Positions 1 through 10,107 of a stretch of 64,000 nt of DNA are shown in pieces (the first letter of the stretch is position 1; the number at the start of each line of letters is the position of its first letter). The notes under the pieces were generated by a model. That model was not told where the DNA came from. It was given only the letters and a program-made list of their open reading frames with translations, and ran no database searches. The stretch is from Verrucomicrobiota bacterium (lineage in GTDB: Bacteria; Verrucomicrobiota; Verrucomicrobiia; Limisphaerales; Palsa-1400). Where the stretch lies: positions 1 to 64,000 of the forward strand of contig JBEKYR010000019.1 of NCBI GenBank assembly GCA_049510745.1. Direction: 5' to 3'. The translations under genes were made by a program, and so were the position numbers.

Positions 1-290
1 ACAGTATTGACGGCTGCGTTGGAGGCCGCGCCACCGTCTCCGGAGTACGTCGGCGTGCCGTTGCCCGCAAGGGTCGTAATAACGCTATTGGCCAGGTTCG
101 TGCCGTCAAATTGCCATTGATACGTAAAAGGCGCGGTGCCGGACACCCCCACGCTAAAAGTCACATTGCCCCCTACCGCAACCGTCTGGTCTTGCGGCTG
201 GACGGTAATCGTGATATTCGTTCCGCCGCTCTGCCCGAAGGACGATATCGCCGCGGCTAACAACACGCAACAACAGAGGATTTTTTTCAT
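1..290 (-). CDS. Secreted Ig-like domain / NHL-repeat protein (5' part; runs off the window start)
   Basis: Manual translation from ATG at 290: MKKILCCCVLLAAAISSFGQ (signal peptide), then ITVQPQDQTVAVGGNVTFSVGVSGTAPFTYQWQFDG (Ig-like) and ITTLAGNGTPTYSGDGGAA (NHL-type). Not in the ORF track because it is truncated. Confidence 0.8.
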   Translation of the reverse strand, partial: MKKILCCCVLLAAAISSFGQSGGTNITITVQPQDQTVAVGGNVTFSVGVSGTAPFTYQWQFDGTNLANSVITTLAGNGTPTYSGDGGAASNAAVNT

Positions 291-665
291 AAGATTTGGA
301 CAATCGTGATAAACACCGGCAATTCTACGAGCGTGAGGCCGCCCCAATTCTTTGAGGCCGGGGCGGTGGTTCTAGTTGCGAACTGTCGCCCACCCACTTC
401 CTTTTCTGTACTCATCATGCCCGATAGAATACCTTTTCCCACAAGATATAGCGTAGTTTGACGGTCTGGGTTGTCAATCCACATTATTTGCTTGGCTGAG
501 GCCAAATTCGGCTCAGGGCCAAATCGTCACTGGTCAAGTCTCGGAGGCCAGTCTAACGGAAAGAATCTAAAGGGGTCGCCCAGCAGGGCGTTGTGTCAAC
601 ACCGCTTTCACGCAGCGCGCCTCATTCCCCGGCCCGCCCTGTTCACCTTGGGCCATCTCTTGCGT

Positions 666-748
666 TGTGACGGCATTGGATGACGGCTTGTGACGGCAGA
701 TGTGACGGTCTAAGTCCCTAATTATCAACGGTTGTGACGGTGTGACGG
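666..748. repeat. Cluster of TGTGACGG direct repeats
   Basis: TGTGACGG at 666, 689, 701, 733 and 741, plus TGACGG at 681, in an intergenic region. Confidence 0.8.
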
Positions 749-1022
749 CTGTTTCCGATCCCAAGGGTATGCAAGTGCATAATCGGCTTCCATCTGGTGA
801 AATTCAGCAAATCGCAAATGCGCCGAAATGGTGACATAAGAATGACTTGGCTGGCATGAGCGCGTGATGCCTTGCCGGGCAGCGGGACTCCGCCGGATGA
901 CCGGGACGCGCTGATTTGTGCTGCAATCGGCGTCCAACGGGAGCAGGTTGGTCTGGTGCGGGCGAACTGAAAAAGGTTCGACGACGTGCGTTGAGAGTAA
1001 CCGGCGGGCGATTTATCCGCAT

Positions 1023-3086
1023 ATGACTTCTTCAAGAACGACGTTCCGGGCGCGACTGGCCAGGGCGCTGCTGGCGTTTCTGGCGGCCGTTCTGGCGGAA
1101 GCCCTCGTTGGCGCTCAGAACTCCCCCGTGACGACTGCCCCGGCGCGTCTGCGGATCGAGCGAATCGCCCGAACGGACTGGCCGGCGAAGGTGGGCGTGG
1201 TGGACATTGCGCCTTGCCTGGGTTCGCCGGGCAAGTTCGGCCTCTTTACGGCCGACGGCAAACCGGTGGGGTTCCTCACCATTTGGTCCGCCCCAGGGGA
1301 AGCAACCCGGGTTTGTTTCGATACCTCCAGCGAGGACACGGCCTACGTTGTCTGCTTCGATACTGATCTGCCGGCGGCGGGCGGCGGCTGGAAACCGGAA
1401 GCGGGCGTCCTGCTGGAAACACGTCCCTGCCGCGCCGATCTGCCGATCGACACCGCGGCACAAGTGGTGCGGGTGCTGAGCACCGCCGGCCCGCCGTCGG
1501 GCTGCGACTATGTCCCGAACATTTTCCTGGGCGCCAACCCTTTTGGGCCGAGCATTTACTATATCGCGACCTTCGACGGGTGGTTCACGGCGCCGAACAC
1601 GGCCCGCTACACCTTTGCGACGGCTTCGGACGACGCCTCCTACCTCGAGGTGGACAACCACACTGTGGCGACGTGGTTCGGTGTGCATGGCGCGGGCGAC
1701 GGCACCCACGGCGAACACAACGGAACGGTTATGCTCTCCTCCGGCGTGCATCGCTTGAACTACGTTCAAATCCAGTTCGGCGGCGGCTCGGCCGCGGTCG
1801 CGGCTTGGAAACCGCCGGGGCAGGACCATATCGAACTGATGCCGCCGTCGGCCTTTGCGCCCGTCGCGCGTTTTCATGCGACCCGCTTCGAGTGCGCGGC
1901 GCGCGGCGGGGAGCGGCTTTACTTCGACTGGCGGCCGGTGGATCACTGCGCGTTGGGCGAAGCCATGTTCGTCCGCGTCCAATTCCGCGTTGTGGACAAC
2001 GGCCAGCGCCGGAGCTATCGCTGGCATTTCGACGATGGCACGGAGGAGGACGGCGCCAATCCCCGGCATTTCTTTCCGGAACCGGGCTTGCGGCAGGTCG
2101 GCGTCGAGGCCTTGCGGAACGGCGTAGTGGTGGCCACAAATTCGGTGCGGCTGCGGGTCAACCCGCAATGGCAACAGCGCGACTGGTGGCGCGACGACGT
2201 GTTTGATCAGGCCAAAAGCGATTTGCTGCGCCGCGACCCGGCTTCGATGCCGGCGCGCGACCTCATTGCGGTGTTGGAATTGGCGGACCGGGCGGACGAC
2301 CAGGAATTGCTCATGCGGTTCGGCGAAGCTCTGATTCAACGGCAGAACGACTTCAATGCGTCGGCGTATGCCTGGATGTTTTACAAGGTGGGCCTTGTCT
2401 TTGAGCACCAGGGCGACGCGGGCGACGCGCTGGCCGAGAAGGCTTTTCGGCTCGCGCTGGCGCCGCAACGGGTCGTGCCGGCGATAAGCGACCAGGCGAA
2501 ATTTCATCTGGCCGCGCTTCTCATTCACTGCTCCGGCGAACTCGACGAGGCGGGGAAGCTGCTCGGCGGCATGACTGGCGGCTTGCCGGGAGCCGATGAG
2601 CGGCGGCTCTGGCGATTGCTCCAGGGGGACCTGCTGCTGGCCCGCGGCAAGAACGAGGAGGCGCGCCAGCAGTATGCGGCCGTCGGCGAAAAGCAGGCCG
2701 GGGGACAATTCAACTTCGGGCGGGCCGCCCGCCTGGAGAGCGCCGCCAATTTGTTCGAGAACAACCACTGGCAGGACGCGCAGGAGGCGTTGGACCGGCT
2801 GCAAGTGGAGAGGCCGCTGGAGCGAATGTCACTTGACACCGGGTTGCTGGCCCTTACCCTCGAAGTGGGGCGCAAGGAATTCCGGCGCGCGTTCAGCGAC
2901 GGACAAATGTTGCTGGCGGTGGCCGGCGACGACCCGCGCCAGTCGGAAGTTCTCTACGCGGTGGTCGAGGCGGGCCTGGCGTTGGGCAAACCGGAAGAGG
3001 CGCAAAAGGCCCTGGGCCGTTTGCTCAAGGATTTCCCCTACAGCGAAGCCGCCGCCAAGGCCAAGGACAGATGGAGCAAAAAATGA
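1023..3086 (+). CDS. Exported PA14-like / PKD / TPR protein
   Basis: Signal peptide. PA14-like segment (FDGWFTAPNTARYTFATASDDASYLEVD), PKD-like segment (YRWHFDDGTE..P.HFF) and helical TPR C-terminus (LLKDFPYSEAA). ATG at 1023 preferred over 918. Confidence 0.7.
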   Translation: MTSSRTTFRARLARALLAFLAAVLAEALVGAQNSPVTTAPARLRIERIARTDWPAKVGVVDIAPCLGSPGKFGLFTADGKPVGFLTIWSAPGEATRVCFDTSSEDTAYVVCFDTDLPAAGGGWKPEAGVLLETRPCRADLPIDTAAQVVRVLSTAGPPSGCDYVPNIFLGANPFGPSIYYIATFDGWFTAPNTARYTFATASDDASYLEVDNHTVATWFGVHGAGDGTHGEHNGTVMLSSGVHRLNYVQIQFGGGSAAVAAWKPPGQDHIELMPPSAFAPVARFHATRFECAARGGERLYFDWRPVDHCALGEAMFVRVQFRVVDNGQRRSYRWHFDDGTEEDGANPRHFFPEPGLRQVGVEALRNGVVVATNSVRLRVNPQWQQRDWWRDDVFDQAKSDLLRRDPASMPARDLIAVLELADRADDQELLMRFGEALIQRQNDFNASAYAWMFYKVGLVFEHQGDAGDALAEKAFRLALAPQRVVPAISDQAKFHLAALLIHCSGELDEAGKLLGGMTGGLPGADERRLWRLLQGDLLLARGKNEEARQQYAAVGEKQAGGQFNFGRAARLESAANLFENNHWQDAQEALDRLQVERPLERMSLDTGLLALTLEVGRKEFRRAFSDGQMLLAVAGDDPRQSEVLYAVVEAGLALGKPEEAQKALGRLLKDFPYSEAAAKAKDRWSKK

Positions 3087-4639
3087 AAGCGCCAGACTGG
3101 GTTCAATTTCGTTTCCGCCGCGCCACGCGGGGGCGGTCCACTTGGGGCCTGGCCCTGCTCCTGGGCGGCACGCTCTTTTGCCGGGCGGACGAGAACGAGT
3201 GGTTTGTGCCGCTGGGGCCGCCGCCCGAGGCGGCAAAACGCCGGATTTCCGGCGGCGAATCCTTTCCCCCGCTGCCGCTGCCCGCCACGCCGTTGCGGCG
3301 CACCGAACGCAAGCGCGAGCCGAGCGCGCCCAAGCTGGCCGCCAAAATCGTCTGGGGTGAAGACGCCTCCTACACCTACGGCTCCGGCACGCAAACCCGG
3401 ATCGCGGATTGGAACCTTTGTCCGGGAGACCTCCAGCAACTGATGCGGGCCGCCAGCGACCGCCTGGGCGTCGCTTACGGGGCCGACAATTTCAGCCTGG
3501 CCGCTTTCGACGGCGATCCGGCCAAAACACCGATCCTTTTTTTCAGCGGTGTGCGCACCATCAAATTTTCCCCGTCCGAATTGGAATTGCTGCGGCGCTA
3601 CGTCTTGCGCGGCGGGATGATTGTGGCGGACAACATCGCAGGCGGCCCCTATTTTTACCAATCCTTCCGCCAGGCGATGGAAAAGGCTTTTCCCGAGTTG
3701 AGTTTTCGCGTCCTCCCGCCAGACCATCCGCTCTATCACATTATGGTGGACGTCAATGAAGTCAGTTACCCGAAGAACCAGAGATCGCATCAGCCTTTGC
3801 TGGAAGGCCTTTACGTCTATTCCCGCGTCGGCGTCCTGCTCTCGAAGTACGGCCTGGGCTGCGGCTGGGATGGCCATGAAGTGCCGCTGCTGAAACAGGC
3901 CGTTTACTACGACGTCCCTTCCGCCAACAAGATTGGCCTCAACATTGCCGCCTACGCCGTCGGCTACGCGCGCATTGGGCGGGCCGAGGCCAAGCCCGAA
4001 CTCTACGGCGCCCTGGACGAGAAGCATCCGACCGATGAGTTTGTCTTCGCGCAGATCAAACACGACGGAGCATGGAACGTCGCCTCGGGCGGGGCCAGCC
4101 GGCTGTTGCAGGAACTGCGCCGGAACACGTCGCTGCGGGTGAGCCTCAAGCGGGTGCCGGTGCAGCCCGGGCATGATGATTTGTCCTCGTTCACGTTTCT
4201 CTACATGTCCGGCCTGGACGATTTTCATTGGGACGCGACAGCGGTGGCCGCGCTGCGGCGGTTTTTGGATGCGGGCGGGACGCTGCTCATCAATAACGGG
4301 CTGGGATTGCAGACGTTCGACGCGGCCGTGCGGCGGGAGTTGAAGAAGTTGCTGCCGCAGGCCAATCTGGCTCCCCTGCCCCTGGGGCACCCGGTGTTCA
4401 ACTCGGTGTTCAAGCTGACCGGGGCCGCTTACACTCCGGCCGCCGCCGCCGCCCGGCCCGGCCTGACGGAGCCTTATCTGGAAGGCATTTCGCTCCACGG
4501 CGATGTCAAAGTGATTTACAGCCCGATTGATTTGGAAACGGGCTGGCAGGGCTTGAATCCACCCCTGGCGCGCGCCTACCAGACGGAGGGCGCCCTCAAA
4601 CTCGGAGTCAACATAATAATGTACGCCATGACCCACTGA
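3083..4639 (+). CDS. Tandem DUF4159-domain protein
   Basis: Two repeats of the pattern 'PILFFSG...LRRYVLRGGMIVAD...LPPDHPLY' / 'FLYMSG...LRRFLDAGGTLLI...HPVF'. ATGA overlap with the upstream gene. Confidence 0.75.
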   Translation: MKAPDWVQFRFRRATRGRSTWGLALLLGGTLFCRADENEWFVPLGPPPEAAKRRISGGESFPPLPLPATPLRRTERKREPSAPKLAAKIVWGEDASYTYGSGTQTRIADWNLCPGDLQQLMRAASDRLGVAYGADNFSLAAFDGDPAKTPILFFSGVRTIKFSPSELELLRRYVLRGGMIVADNIAGGPYFYQSFRQAMEKAFPELSFRVLPPDHPLYHIMVDVNEVSYPKNQRSHQPLLEGLYVYSRVGVLLSKYGLGCGWDGHEVPLLKQAVYYDVPSANKIGLNIAAYAVGYARIGRAEAKPELYGALDEKHPTDEFVFAQIKHDGAWNVASGGASRLLQELRRNTSLRVSLKRVPVQPGHDDLSSFTFLYMSGLDDFHWDATAVAALRRFLDAGGTLLINNGLGLQTFDAAVRRELKKLLPQANLAPLPLGHPVFNSVFKLTGAAYTPAAAAARPGLTEPYLEGISLHGDVKVIYSPIDLETGWQGLNPPLARAYQTEGALKLGVNIIMYAMTH

Positions 4640-4646
4640 CACTCCC

Positions 4647-5966
4647 ATGCCCACGCTCGTTTATAGATTCCAGGAACAGGAACAGCGCTTCCCGCTTCAA
4701 GACCGCACCGCCATTGGGCGCGACCGCGCCAACGACCTGTGCGTTCCGTGCGATTCCATCTCCGCGCGGCACGCGGTCATCACGCGGGACGGCAACGGCT
4801 ACCAGTTGGAAGACGCGGGGAGCAGCAATGGAATTGTGGTGGCCGGGCGGCGCGTTCTCTCCTGCCTGCTGCACAACGGGGACGTGTTCGCCCTGGGAGA
4901 TGTCGAGTTTGCCTTTATCCTGGATGTCCCGGAGACGGCCGGGGCGGAAGCTCCCGCGGCAACGCCGCCGCCCGCGCCCCCGGATGAAGTCATCGCCCGG
5001 TTCGAGAAAGCCCGCGACCGGGTGCTTGGGGAGATTGGCCGGGTGATCGTGGGTCAGCGCGAGGTGCTCAACCAGATACTGGTCGCCCTGTTCGCGCGCG
5101 GTCATTGCCTGCTGATCGGCGTGCCCGGCCTGGCCAAGACGCTCATGGTCAGAACGCTGGGCAGCGCGGTTGACCTCCAATCCTGCCGCATCCAATTCAC
5201 GCCCGACTTGATGCCGTCCGACATTACGGGCACCGACATTCTGGAGGAGGATTCCGTCACCGGCAAACGCGCCTTCCGGTTCCATCGCGGGCCGATCTTC
5301 TGCAACCTGCTGCTGGCCGACGAGATCAACCGGACGCCGCCCAAGACGCAGGCGGCGTTGCTGGAAGCCATGCAGGAGCAGCGCGTGACCATTTCCGGCA
5401 CGAGTTACGATCTGCCCAGTCCGTTCATGGTGCTGGCGACGCAGAATCCGATCGAGCAGGAGGGCACCTACCCGCTGCCGGAAGCGCAACTGGACCGCTT
5501 CATGTTTTGCGTTCACCTGGCCTACCCCAGCGCGCCGGAGGAGCAGCAAGTGATACTTGACACAACCCGCCAGGCGCCCGCCGCCGTCAGCCGCGTGCTC
5601 AACGCCGCCCAGGTGCTCGAACTCCAGCAACTGGTCCGCCAGGTGCCCGTCAGTCAGCACGTCGCCCTCTACGCCCTGAGCCTGGTTCGCGCCACGCGGC
5701 CCAACTGCGAAGGGTCCCTGGATTTTGTCAACCGCTGGGTGAACTGGGGTGCGGGCACGCGCGCGGGCCAGTATTTGCTCCTGGCCGCCAAGACGCACGT
5801 CCTCTTGCAGGGCCGCTTCAGTGTCTCGTGCGCCGACGTGCGGGAGTACGCCCTGCCCGTGTTGCGGCACCGCATTTTCCCCACCTTTACCGCCGCCAGC
5901 GAGGCGGTGAACACGGACCAGATTGTGAAAAAAATCGTGGCGGCGGTCAAAGAGCCGCAGTACTAG
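4647..5966 (+). CDS. moxR: MoxR-family AAA+ ATPase with N-terminal FHA domain
   Basis: FHA motifs (IGR...ISARHA...SSNG), Walker A GVPGLAKT, RIQFTPDLMPSD, LADEINR, ATQNPIEQEGTYPLPEAQLDRF. Confidence 0.92.
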   Translation: MPTLVYRFQEQEQRFPLQDRTAIGRDRANDLCVPCDSISARHAVITRDGNGYQLEDAGSSNGIVVAGRRVLSCLLHNGDVFALGDVEFAFILDVPETAGAEAPAATPPPAPPDEVIARFEKARDRVLGEIGRVIVGQREVLNQILVALFARGHCLLIGVPGLAKTLMVRTLGSAVDLQSCRIQFTPDLMPSDITGTDILEEDSVTGKRAFRFHRGPIFCNLLLADEINRTPPKTQAALLEAMQEQRVTISGTSYDLPSPFMVLATQNPIEQEGTYPLPEAQLDRFMFCVHLAYPSAPEEQQVILDTTRQAPAAVSRVLNAAQVLELQQLVRQVPVSQHVALYALSLVRATRPNCEGSLDFVNRWVNWGAGTRAGQYLLLAAKTHVLLQGRFSVSCADVREYALPVLRHRIFPTFTAASEAVNTDQIVKKIVAAVKEPQY

Positions 5967-5973
5967 CCGTTCG

Positions 5974-6861
5974 GTGAACGCGCCCGCCTACAAATTTCTC
6001 CCGCCCGAACTGGCCGGCCGTTTGCGCGGTCTGGGCCTGACGGTGCGGCGGCCGGTGGAGGGCACGGTGCAGGGGTTGCATCGCTCGCCGCACCACGGTT
6101 CATCGGTGGAGTTCGCCGATTACCGCGAATATACGCGGGGAGACCCGCCGAGCCTGATTGACTGGGCGATCTACGCCCGCAGCGACCGCTATGTCATCCG
6201 CCGCTACCAGGAAGAAACCAATCTGCGCGCCCACTTCCTGCTGGACATTTCCGAAAGCATGTTCTTCCGCGAGGCCGGGCTGCACTCGAAAATGGATTAC
6301 GCCTGCTATCTGGCCGCCGCGCTGATGATGGTGTTGCTCGGCCAGTCCGATTCGGCCGGGCTGACGCTTTTCAACGATGAAATCCGGCGGACCTTCCCGC
6401 CCGTGGGTTCGCTGGAGGGCCTGCGGCCCATGCTGCTGGCGCTCGAAGAAATCAAGCCGTCCGGCCGCAGCCAAATTGAACAGGCCCTCCACCAAACGGC
6501 GGAAAAAATCCGGCGGCGCAGCCTGGTGATTCTGATTTCCGACCTTTTGCAGGAGCCGGCTGGCATCATTCGCGGCATTCAGCATCTGCGCCACAACAAA
6601 CACGAAGTCCTGATTTTGCAGCCCCTCGACGCGGGGGAGTTGAGCCTCAACTTCGGCGGCCTGGCCGAATTGCGCGAACTGGAAACCGGCGCGCGCCTGC
6701 CGGTGGAAGCCGACCAACTCCGCGAGGCCTATGCCAATGAGGTGGGGAAGTATCTCGAGGAAATCCGGCGCGGCTGCGTGGGGAGCCTGGCGGATTATCA
6801 CCTCATCGACACGCGGACGCCGGTGGAGGTGACGTTGCACGCGAAATTCGGCCAGCTATGA
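5974..6861 (+). CDS. DUF58-domain (vWA-like) protein
   Basis: GLHRSPHHGSSVEFADYREY..GD....IDW and LDISESM; typical MoxR partner. Confidence 0.9.
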   Translation: MNAPAYKFLPPELAGRLRGLGLTVRRPVEGTVQGLHRSPHHGSSVEFADYREYTRGDPPSLIDWAIYARSDRYVIRRYQEETNLRAHFLLDISESMFFREAGLHSKMDYACYLAAALMMVLLGQSDSAGLTLFNDEIRRTFPPVGSLEGLRPMLLALEEIKPSGRSQIEQALHQTAEKIRRRSLVILISDLLQEPAGIIRGIQHLRHNKHEVLILQPLDAGELSLNFGGLAELRELETGARLPVEADQLREAYANEVGKYLEEIRRGCVGSLADYHLIDTRTPVEVTLHAKFGQL

Positions 6862-8930
6862 CCGGCCTCACCGCTTTAAATCCGTTCTTCCTTTCGTTGC
6901 TGCCGCTGGCCGCGCTGCCGATCGCGTTTCATTTCTTCTTTCGGCTGAAAAGGCAAGCGCGCCCGTTTCCGACCCTGATGTTTTTTCATCGCCTCGATCC
7001 CAAGCTCAACGCCCGCCGGCGCCTGCGCCAATGGCTGATCCTGCTCTTGCGCACCCTGCTCATTTTGTTCGTGTTGCTGGCGCTGGCGCGGCCGGTCTGG
7101 TTTGGCCACGGCCAGGAGGGGGACGTCGCCCTCGTGCTGCTGATTGACAATTCCGGTTCGATGAGCGGCCCCGGCGAAGGCGGACGCACCAAACTCAAGC
7201 AGGCGGTCGATGGCGCGCGCGACATCCTCGCCGAACTTCGCGCTTCCGACCGCGCCGCCATCGTGCTCCTGGTGCCGGACCCGGCGGCACCGTTGCCGGC
7301 CGGCCTGACGCAGGACAAGGCCGCCCTTAAACTTGCCCTCGACGGCATCGCCGAGACCGAAGCGAGCGGGAGCGTGGCCGGCGCCATCGACCGGGCGATG
7401 AGAAGTCTGGAGGCCGGCGCCGCCGCCCATCGGGAAATCCAGATATTCTCGGATTTGCAACAAGAGAAATGGGGCCAGCCTCCGGTCGGTCTGCTCGCGC
7501 CGCCACGCGGCCTCGGCCTGGCCGTTCACCGCGTCGCGTCGCCGTCTTCCGGGCTGCCCAACGTCTCGCTGACGCGCGTGGAGATGCCGGCCCGGCCTGT
7601 GGTCGCCGGCCGCCGCTTCCCAGTTCAAGTGCGGATGGCCAATTCCGGGCCGAGCCAGGCGCAGGTGCGATTGAACTGGCTCGACGACACTGGGAATCGC
7701 GGCGGCGTTGATGTCGCCGTTGCGCCGCAAGAGGAGAAGGAGACATCGGTCGCTCTGGTGGCGCCCAACCCCGGCCTTCGCTGGGTGCTGTTCTCGCTCG
7801 ACGGCGATGATTTTCCCGCCGACAACCGCGCGGCGACGGCCTTCGTCGGCGTTGAACAACAATCGGTGCTTTTTCTCGGGCGCCCGGCGGACTTCGGCTA
7901 CTTGCCGCTGGCGCTGTCGCCGAGCGGCAATGGCCGTTCGTCGGGATTGGCCACTTCATTTTCCAGTTTCGAGTCGTTTGCCGCCGACACACGCGCGGGC
8001 TTTGTTGTCCTGCCGTGGGACGCGGTTTTACAGACTGGCACGGATGCTTCCGCGCGGCTCGAGGCGTTGCGCCAATTCCTGATGAAGGGAGGAACAGCGT
8101 TGCTGGTGCCGTCTGCGGGAGGTTTGGCGGGCGGTGGAACAAAACCGGATTGGCTGGCCATTGCCCCTGAGAGCCTTCAAGGCTCGTCCAACGGCCTGGC
8201 GCTGACGGTCCTCGACAAAGCCAACGCCATCTTCGACGATCTGCGCGACGAAAAGGGCGAAATTGCGTTGCGCAACGTGAAGGTGTTTCGGTTTCTGCCG
8301 CTGCGCGTTCCGGCTCAAGGCGCGCCGCTTCTCGGATTGGAAGACGGCACGATCACGCTCGCGGCGCAGAAGGTGGGCCAGGGCCTGGTGCTGGCCAGCG
8401 GCCTGGCGTTTGATCCGGCCTGGAGCACCTTGCCGCTGAAGCCCGCCTTCGTCGCGCTCGCCCAAGGCATGGTCCTGAACCATGCGGGCGGGCCGGCCAG
8501 CATCACGTCGCTGGTGGCCGGCGATCAGTTGACCGGGATGCCCGGCGACGCTGATTTGCTGGTGGTGCAATCGCTCGGGGGCAGCCCGCTGGACTGGAAA
8601 GGCCCCGCCGGCCAATTCACCACATTCCCGCGCGTCGGCGTGTATGCCCTGCGCCTGGGCAAGGAAACCCGGTGGGTGGCTGTGCGGTCTTCGGAAAAGG
8701 AAGGCCGCCGGAAATTCATTGCCGGCGACACCCTGCCGGCGTTGGGCAACCTGCCCTATTCCGTGGACACTGTATCTGGAAGCGAGAGTGTGCGGTCGAG
8801 TTTTCGCCGGCAGGAACGGTCGTTGGATTTAAGTTTGCCCGCGCTGCTGCTGGCGTTTGCGTGCCTGGCGCTGGAAGGCTGGCTGGCCAATCCCCCGCCC
8901 CTGAAGCCCCGCCCGGCCGCAGTGCCCTGA
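6858..8930 (+). CDS. BatA-domain / vWA membrane protein
   Basis: N-terminal LPIAFH...FPTLMF...LLLRTL..LALARP (BatA), MIDAS DNSGSM and a C-terminal TM helix. Confidence 0.85.
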   Translation: MTGLTALNPFFLSLLPLAALPIAFHFFFRLKRQARPFPTLMFFHRLDPKLNARRRLRQWLILLLRTLLILFVLLALARPVWFGHGQEGDVALVLLIDNSGSMSGPGEGGRTKLKQAVDGARDILAELRASDRAAIVLLVPDPAAPLPAGLTQDKAALKLALDGIAETEASGSVAGAIDRAMRSLEAGAAAHREIQIFSDLQQEKWGQPPVGLLAPPRGLGLAVHRVASPSSGLPNVSLTRVEMPARPVVAGRRFPVQVRMANSGPSQAQVRLNWLDDTGNRGGVDVAVAPQEEKETSVALVAPNPGLRWVLFSLDGDDFPADNRAATAFVGVEQQSVLFLGRPADFGYLPLALSPSGNGRSSGLATSFSSFESFAADTRAGFVVLPWDAVLQTGTDASARLEALRQFLMKGGTALLVPSAGGLAGGGTKPDWLAIAPESLQGSSNGLALTVLDKANAIFDDLRDEKGEIALRNVKVFRFLPLRVPAQGAPLLGLEDGTITLAAQKVGQGLVLASGLAFDPAWSTLPLKPAFVALAQGMVLNHAGGPASITSLVAGDQLTGMPGDADLLVVQSLGGSPLDWKGPAGQFTTFPRVGVYALRLGKETRWVAVRSSEKEGRRKFIAGDTLPALGNLPYSVDTVSGSESVRSSFRRQERSLDLSLPALLLAFACLALEGWLANPPPLKPRPAAVP

Positions 8931-8958
8931 TTTGAAAATGCGCAGTGAGAAGGAGAAG

Positions 8959-9084
8959 GGGTCAACGCATAGTTTGGTTCATTTTGCTTGTGTTCGCCGG
9001 GGGAACCTGTAGAGTTACTGCCGTGCCGGCGGCGATAAATGATTAAGAAACCATGCCAAAACGAACCAAACTATGGGTTGACCC
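8959..9084. repeat. 126-bp element bounded by 28-bp inverted repeats (MITE/REP-like)
   Basis: GGGTCAACGCATAGTTTGGTTCATTTTG (8959-8986) matches the reverse complement of 9057-9084 at 26 of 28 positions. Confidence 0.75.
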
Positions 9085-9147
9085 GTTTTTTGACTTGAAC
9101 GTCAAGCCGGAAGTCGCTTTCCGCGAGTTTAATTAAAGAAAGAAAAT

Positions 9148-9813
9148 ATGAAAAAGACATTAAAATTCACAGCGGCATCGGCCTGCATGTTTGCAACATT
9201 ATCCGTCCAAGCCGACTTGGTCACCAATCCGGGCTTTGAAACGACACCGGCGGGCACACCATATACTGTTCCGGCCACTCAGTCTGACAGTGCTGTCGCG
9301 TGGTCTTGGCCGGGGTCCTCGCTAGAGGGCTCGCCTGCCTCATTGTGGAACAATGTTTCCATCATTTCCGCCGGCATTCCTGACGGTGCCTATGACGGGG
9401 AAAATGTTGCGGAACTGACGTCATCATGGATGTCCTCTTTCGGTGCCGAGATCTATCAGAATCTTACTGTCACACCCAATACAAAATGTGTCATTAGTTT
9501 TGAGGCAGAGGTTGAGGCTACACCGACCGTAGGGGTTCTATTTTTAGGACTCGGGGGCTCAGAGGTTTCTCTTGACATTGGAACCAGTGGGTGGACACAA
9601 TATAGGTACACGGTGACGCCAACAGACTCGACGGGGTTGTTCTTCAATTGGAATGACATTTACCCTCCGGCTAACTCTCAGACACTGTATCTCGATGATG
9701 TGAGCGTGACACCGGCCCCTGAGCCCACAACAATGCTCACTGACGCTTTTATGCTCCTTCCTTTAGGAGCGAGTGCCGTTCGGCAACTCCGCAAGAAATT
9801 GCAGGCGGCTTAA
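9148..9813 (+). CDS. PEP-CTERM sorted surface protein with carbohydrate-binding-like domain
   Basis: Signal peptide, LVTNPGFE...LYLDDVSVT, C-terminal PAPEPTTML...LLPLGASAVRQLRKK. Lower GC than its neighbours. Confidence 0.8.
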   Translation: MKKTLKFTAASACMFATLSVQADLVTNPGFETTPAGTPYTVPATQSDSAVAWSWPGSSLEGSPASLWNNVSIISAGIPDGAYDGENVAELTSSWMSSFGAEIYQNLTVTPNTKCVISFEAEVEATPTVGVLFLGLGGSEVSLDIGTSGWTQYRYTVTPTDSTGLFFNWNDIYPPANSQTLYLDDVSVTPAPEPTTMLTDAFMLLPLGASAVRQLRKKLQAA

Positions 9814-9950
9814 GCGATTCGATTTTTCTAATGGGTATTTCGCGGTTGACTCGGTTTTCTATATCGGCACGGTTTTTGGCCCTCCCGTTTTATGCGTCAC
9901 GAAAAAGTCTGTTTGTCTCGGGCGCATTTTTTGGGTGGCGGTTTCTGGTT

Positions 9951-10091
9951 CCTAATCTTAATCTTGCTCTTGATCTTAATCCGAATCGGTTTCGATGCTC
10001 GTGGGTTTAACCAGAGCCAATTCTGATTACCGGTTGCACGAGAGATTAGGATTAGGATTAAGATTAAGAAGGATTAAGATCAGGATTAAGA
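9951..10091. repeat. Inverted arrays of degenerate hexamers (TAATCT / AGATTA)
   Basis: CCTAATCTTAATCTTGCTCTTGATCTTAATCC on the left; GAGATTAGGATTAGGATTAAGATTAAG...GGATTAAGA on the right. Confidence 0.7.
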
Positions 10092-10107
10092 CCGGACACC
10101 CAAAAAA

